From the NCBI GenBank assembly GCA_044230345.1, contig JBGARF010000013.1, forward strand, positions 90,370 to 154,369: a DNA stretch of 64,000 bases, written 5' to 3'. Position numbers and translations under genes: made by a program. Origin of the DNA: Limisphaerales bacterium (GTDB lineage Bacteria > Verrucomicrobiota > Verrucomicrobiia > Limisphaerales > JADJPG01). Below, in pieces: positions 61,983 through 64,000 of this stretch (position 1 is the stretch's first letter; every line of letters begins with the position of its first letter). The notes under the pieces were generated by a model, which worked only from the letters and a program-made list of their open reading frames with translations, had not been told where the DNA came from and ran no database searches.

Positions 61983-64000
61983 ATGGGCATCAATGACAGC
62001 GATCGCACTCCAAGCGCTTCGTGGCAGCCTGACGACAGGCTCTCCGATGACGCGCACCGAACCATTTCCCCGCCGGGCCGTCTTCGGTTGTTGGCCGGCA
62101 TTGTACTGCTGATCGGGTTGGTGGCGCTTGCCGCGCCTGTTTGCGGGGCGGCGACGAAGGACGCCGTCGATTTCGACCGCGAGATCCGGCCCATTCTCTC
62201 CGACAATTGCTTCACCTGCCACGGACCGGACAAAGACAGGCGCAAGGCGGGGTTGCGCCTCGACACGAAGGAGGATGCGTTCAAGAAGCTCGAGTCGGGC
62301 GATTACGCCATCGTTCCCGGCCAGCCCGACCAAAGCCGCGTCCTCGCGGTCGTCGCTCTGCCGTCGGACGATGATGATCACATGCCGCCGGCGAAGACGG
62401 GCAAGAAGCTTTCAACGGCGCAGGTGGATCTGTTGCGACGTTGGATCGCGCAGGGGGCAAAATGGGCGGAGCATTGGGCCTACGCCCCACCGCAACGTCC
62501 TGCCGTGCCCGCCGTGAAGAACGAGAAGTGGGCGCGCAACGAGGTGGACCGCTATATTCTCGCGGCGCTGGAGAAGAGCGGACTAAAACCGAACGCCGAA
62601 GCCGATCGATACACGCTCATTCGCCGGCTCTCCCTCGATCTCATCGGGTTGCCGCCCACCGTGCGGGAAGTCGATGACTTCATCGCCGACAAAAGTTCGA
62701 AGGCCTACGAGAAGGTCGTCGATCGATTGCTCGCGTCGCCGCACTGTGGCGAACGTCTCGCGCTCGCGTGGCTGGATCAAGCGCGGTATGCCGACACCAG
62801 CGGGTACCACTTCGACGGCTTCCGCCAGATGCATCTGTGGCGCGACTGGGTGATCCGTGCGTTCAACGAAAATAAGCCGTTCGATCAATTCACCATTGAT
62901 CAACTCGCCGGAGATCTGCTTCCGGAGGCGACCATTGATCAAAAAATCGCGTCGGGTTTCCACCGCAACGTGATGACCAATGACGAAGGCGGCGCGGACC
63001 CGGACGAGTATCTCGCCAAGTACGTCGTGGACCGCGTGAACACCACCGCGCAGGTCTGGCTCGGCACGACGGTTGGCTGCGCCGAATGCCACGACCACAA
63101 ATACGACCCGATCTCCACGAAGGAATTCTACCAGCTCTACGCGTTCTTCCACAGCGTCCCGGAGAAAGGCCTCGACGGCACGCGCGTGCGGAATCCGGCG
63201 CCCGTCCTCAAAGTGCCGTCGCCGGATCAAGGCTCGAGATTGATCCGGTTGCTCGATCTCATCCCCAAAGCGGAGAAAACGTTGGCCGATCGCGAAGGCG
63301 AATTGCCGAAGGAACAGGAGGCGTGGGAGAAAGAGGTTCAAAAGCAGGAGATCTCAGAGCCCAAGATCGAGGGACTGGTGAAAACCGTCGCGTTCGACGA
63401 GGCCCGCGGCGCCGCGACTAATCGCGTTCCTGGCAAGATCGGTCAGGCACTGTCGTTGCGCGGCGGCACGAATGAGTTCCTCGACCTCGGCCAGGCGGTG
63501 TCGTTCGAGAACACGAATGCCTTCAGCTACGGCGCCTGGGTGAAGCTCCACGGCAAGGCCGGAGCAGTGCTCAGCAAGATGGAAGCGGGCCCAGGCCATC
63601 GCGGATTCGATTTGTTGATCAATGACGCGAAGGTTGAGGTGCATCTCGTCCACAAGTTTCCTGACAACGCGATCAAGGTGGTGACCAGGGACGGGTTGCC
63701 CACCAACACGTGGCTTCATCTGATGGTCACCTACGATGGCTCGAACAAGGCCGGCGGACTGCGTCTGTTCGTCGACGGCAAAAGCCGTCCGCTCGACACG
63801 CCGACGGACAAACTCTCTGCCAGCATTCGCGCCGGGGCGGCGTTGCTCATCGGGGCGCGCGGCGATTCGTTCGCGTTCAACGGCCTCGTCGATGACGTGC
63901 GCTTCTACCATCGCCGCCTGAAGTCCGAGGAAGTCGCGAGGATCGCGGCGCACGCGAACTTGTTGCTCGCAAAGGTTCCCGCCGAAAAGCGCGACGACGA
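61983..64000 (+). CDS. PSCyt1 (CxxCH) - DUF1549 - LamG protein, partial (continues beyond right edge; DUF1553 part expected downstream)
   Basis: Absent from the ORF track because it has no stop in the window. My translation from ATG 61983 reads MGINDSDRTPSASWQ...RLRLLAGIVLLIGLVALAAPVCGAATKDAVDFDREIRPILSDNCFTCHGPDKDRRKAGLRLD...LLRRWIAQGA...RRLSLDLIGLPPTVREVDDF...GCAECHDHKYDPI...FSYGAWVKL...LRLFVDGKS...DDVRFYHRRL. The frame is open to position 64000. Confidence 0.9.
   Translation, partial: MGINDSDRTPSASWQPDDRLSDDAHRTISPPGRLRLLAGIVLLIGLVALAAPVCGAATKDAVDFDREIRPILSDNCFTCHGPDKDRRKAGLRLDTKEDAFKKLESGDYAIVPGQPDQSRVLAVVALPSDDDDHMPPAKTGKKLSTAQVDLLRRWIAQGAKWAEHWAYAPPQRPAVPAVKNEKWARNEVDRYILAALEKSGLKPNAEADRYTLIRRLSLDLIGLPPTVREVDDFIADKSSKAYEKVVDRLLASPHCGERLALAWLDQARYADTSGYHFDGFRQMHLWRDWVIRAFNENKPFDQFTIDQLAGDLLPEATIDQKIASGFHRNVMTNDEGGADPDEYLAKYVVDRVNTTAQVWLGTTVGCAECHDHKYDPISTKEFYQLYAFFHSVPEKGLDGTRVRNPAPVLKVPSPDQGSRLIRLLDLIPKAEKTLADREGELPKEQEAWEKEVQKQEISEPKIEGLVKTVAFDEARGAATNRVPGKIGQALSLRGGTNEFLDLGQAVSFENTNAFSYGAWVKLHGKAGAVLSKMEAGPGHRGFDLLINDAKVEVHLVHKFPDNAIKVVTRDGLPTNTWLHLMVTYDGSNKAGGLRLFVDGKSRPLDTPTDKLSASIRAGAALLIGARGDSFAFNGLVDDVRFYHRRLKSEEVARIAAHANLLLAKVPAEKRDD

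Overview
High-GC bacterial chromosome fragment. The gene content points to a PVC-superphylum organism, most likely Verrucomicrobiota (inference). Supporting genes are a PSCyt1/DUF1549 haem-motif protein, giant LamG / lamin-tail-domain (LTD) / CotH / Ig-set secreted proteins, a Tat-signal Gfo/Idh/MocA oxidoreductase, and palindromic intergenic repeats that read 'ICV(N/H)LR' or 'MNADGR' when translated.

I call 37 protein genes, one tRNA-Lys(CUU), one clear bidirectional terminator and several repeat families. Two informative genes run off the window edges and two are shorter than 60 aa, so all four are missing from the supplied ORF track. Many long track ORFs are Arg/Pro/Gly-rich antisense or alternative-frame shadows, which is typical of high-GC DNA.

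Housekeeping genes:
- rny, rarA, 5-formyl-THF cyclo-ligase, glycerate kinase, a PLP transsulfuration enzyme, an SDR and a GT9 heptosyltransferase.

Regions worth a second look:
1. 1-10285: a double circularly-permuted ATP-grasp / alpha-E / transglutaminase cluster (predicted amidoligase system, product unknown). A phosphofructokinase sits inside it and a 5 x 17-bp tandem repeat lies just upstream.
2. 22314-29313: a run of FN3-headed secreted proteins. Two are paralogs sharing an uncharacterised ~330-aa C-terminal domain. A third carries a toxin-like C-terminal module and is tightly coupled to a 4-Cys zinc-ribbon gene.
3. 33909-40091 and 51714-64000: two giant LTD-CotH(kinase)-Ig paralogs and a LamG-array protein. 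All three end in the same beta-rich C-terminal domain closing with [RK]FYR[LV].
4. Structured dispersed repeats and simple tandem arrays at operon spacers and gene ends.

No transposase, integrase, CRISPR array or rRNA is present.
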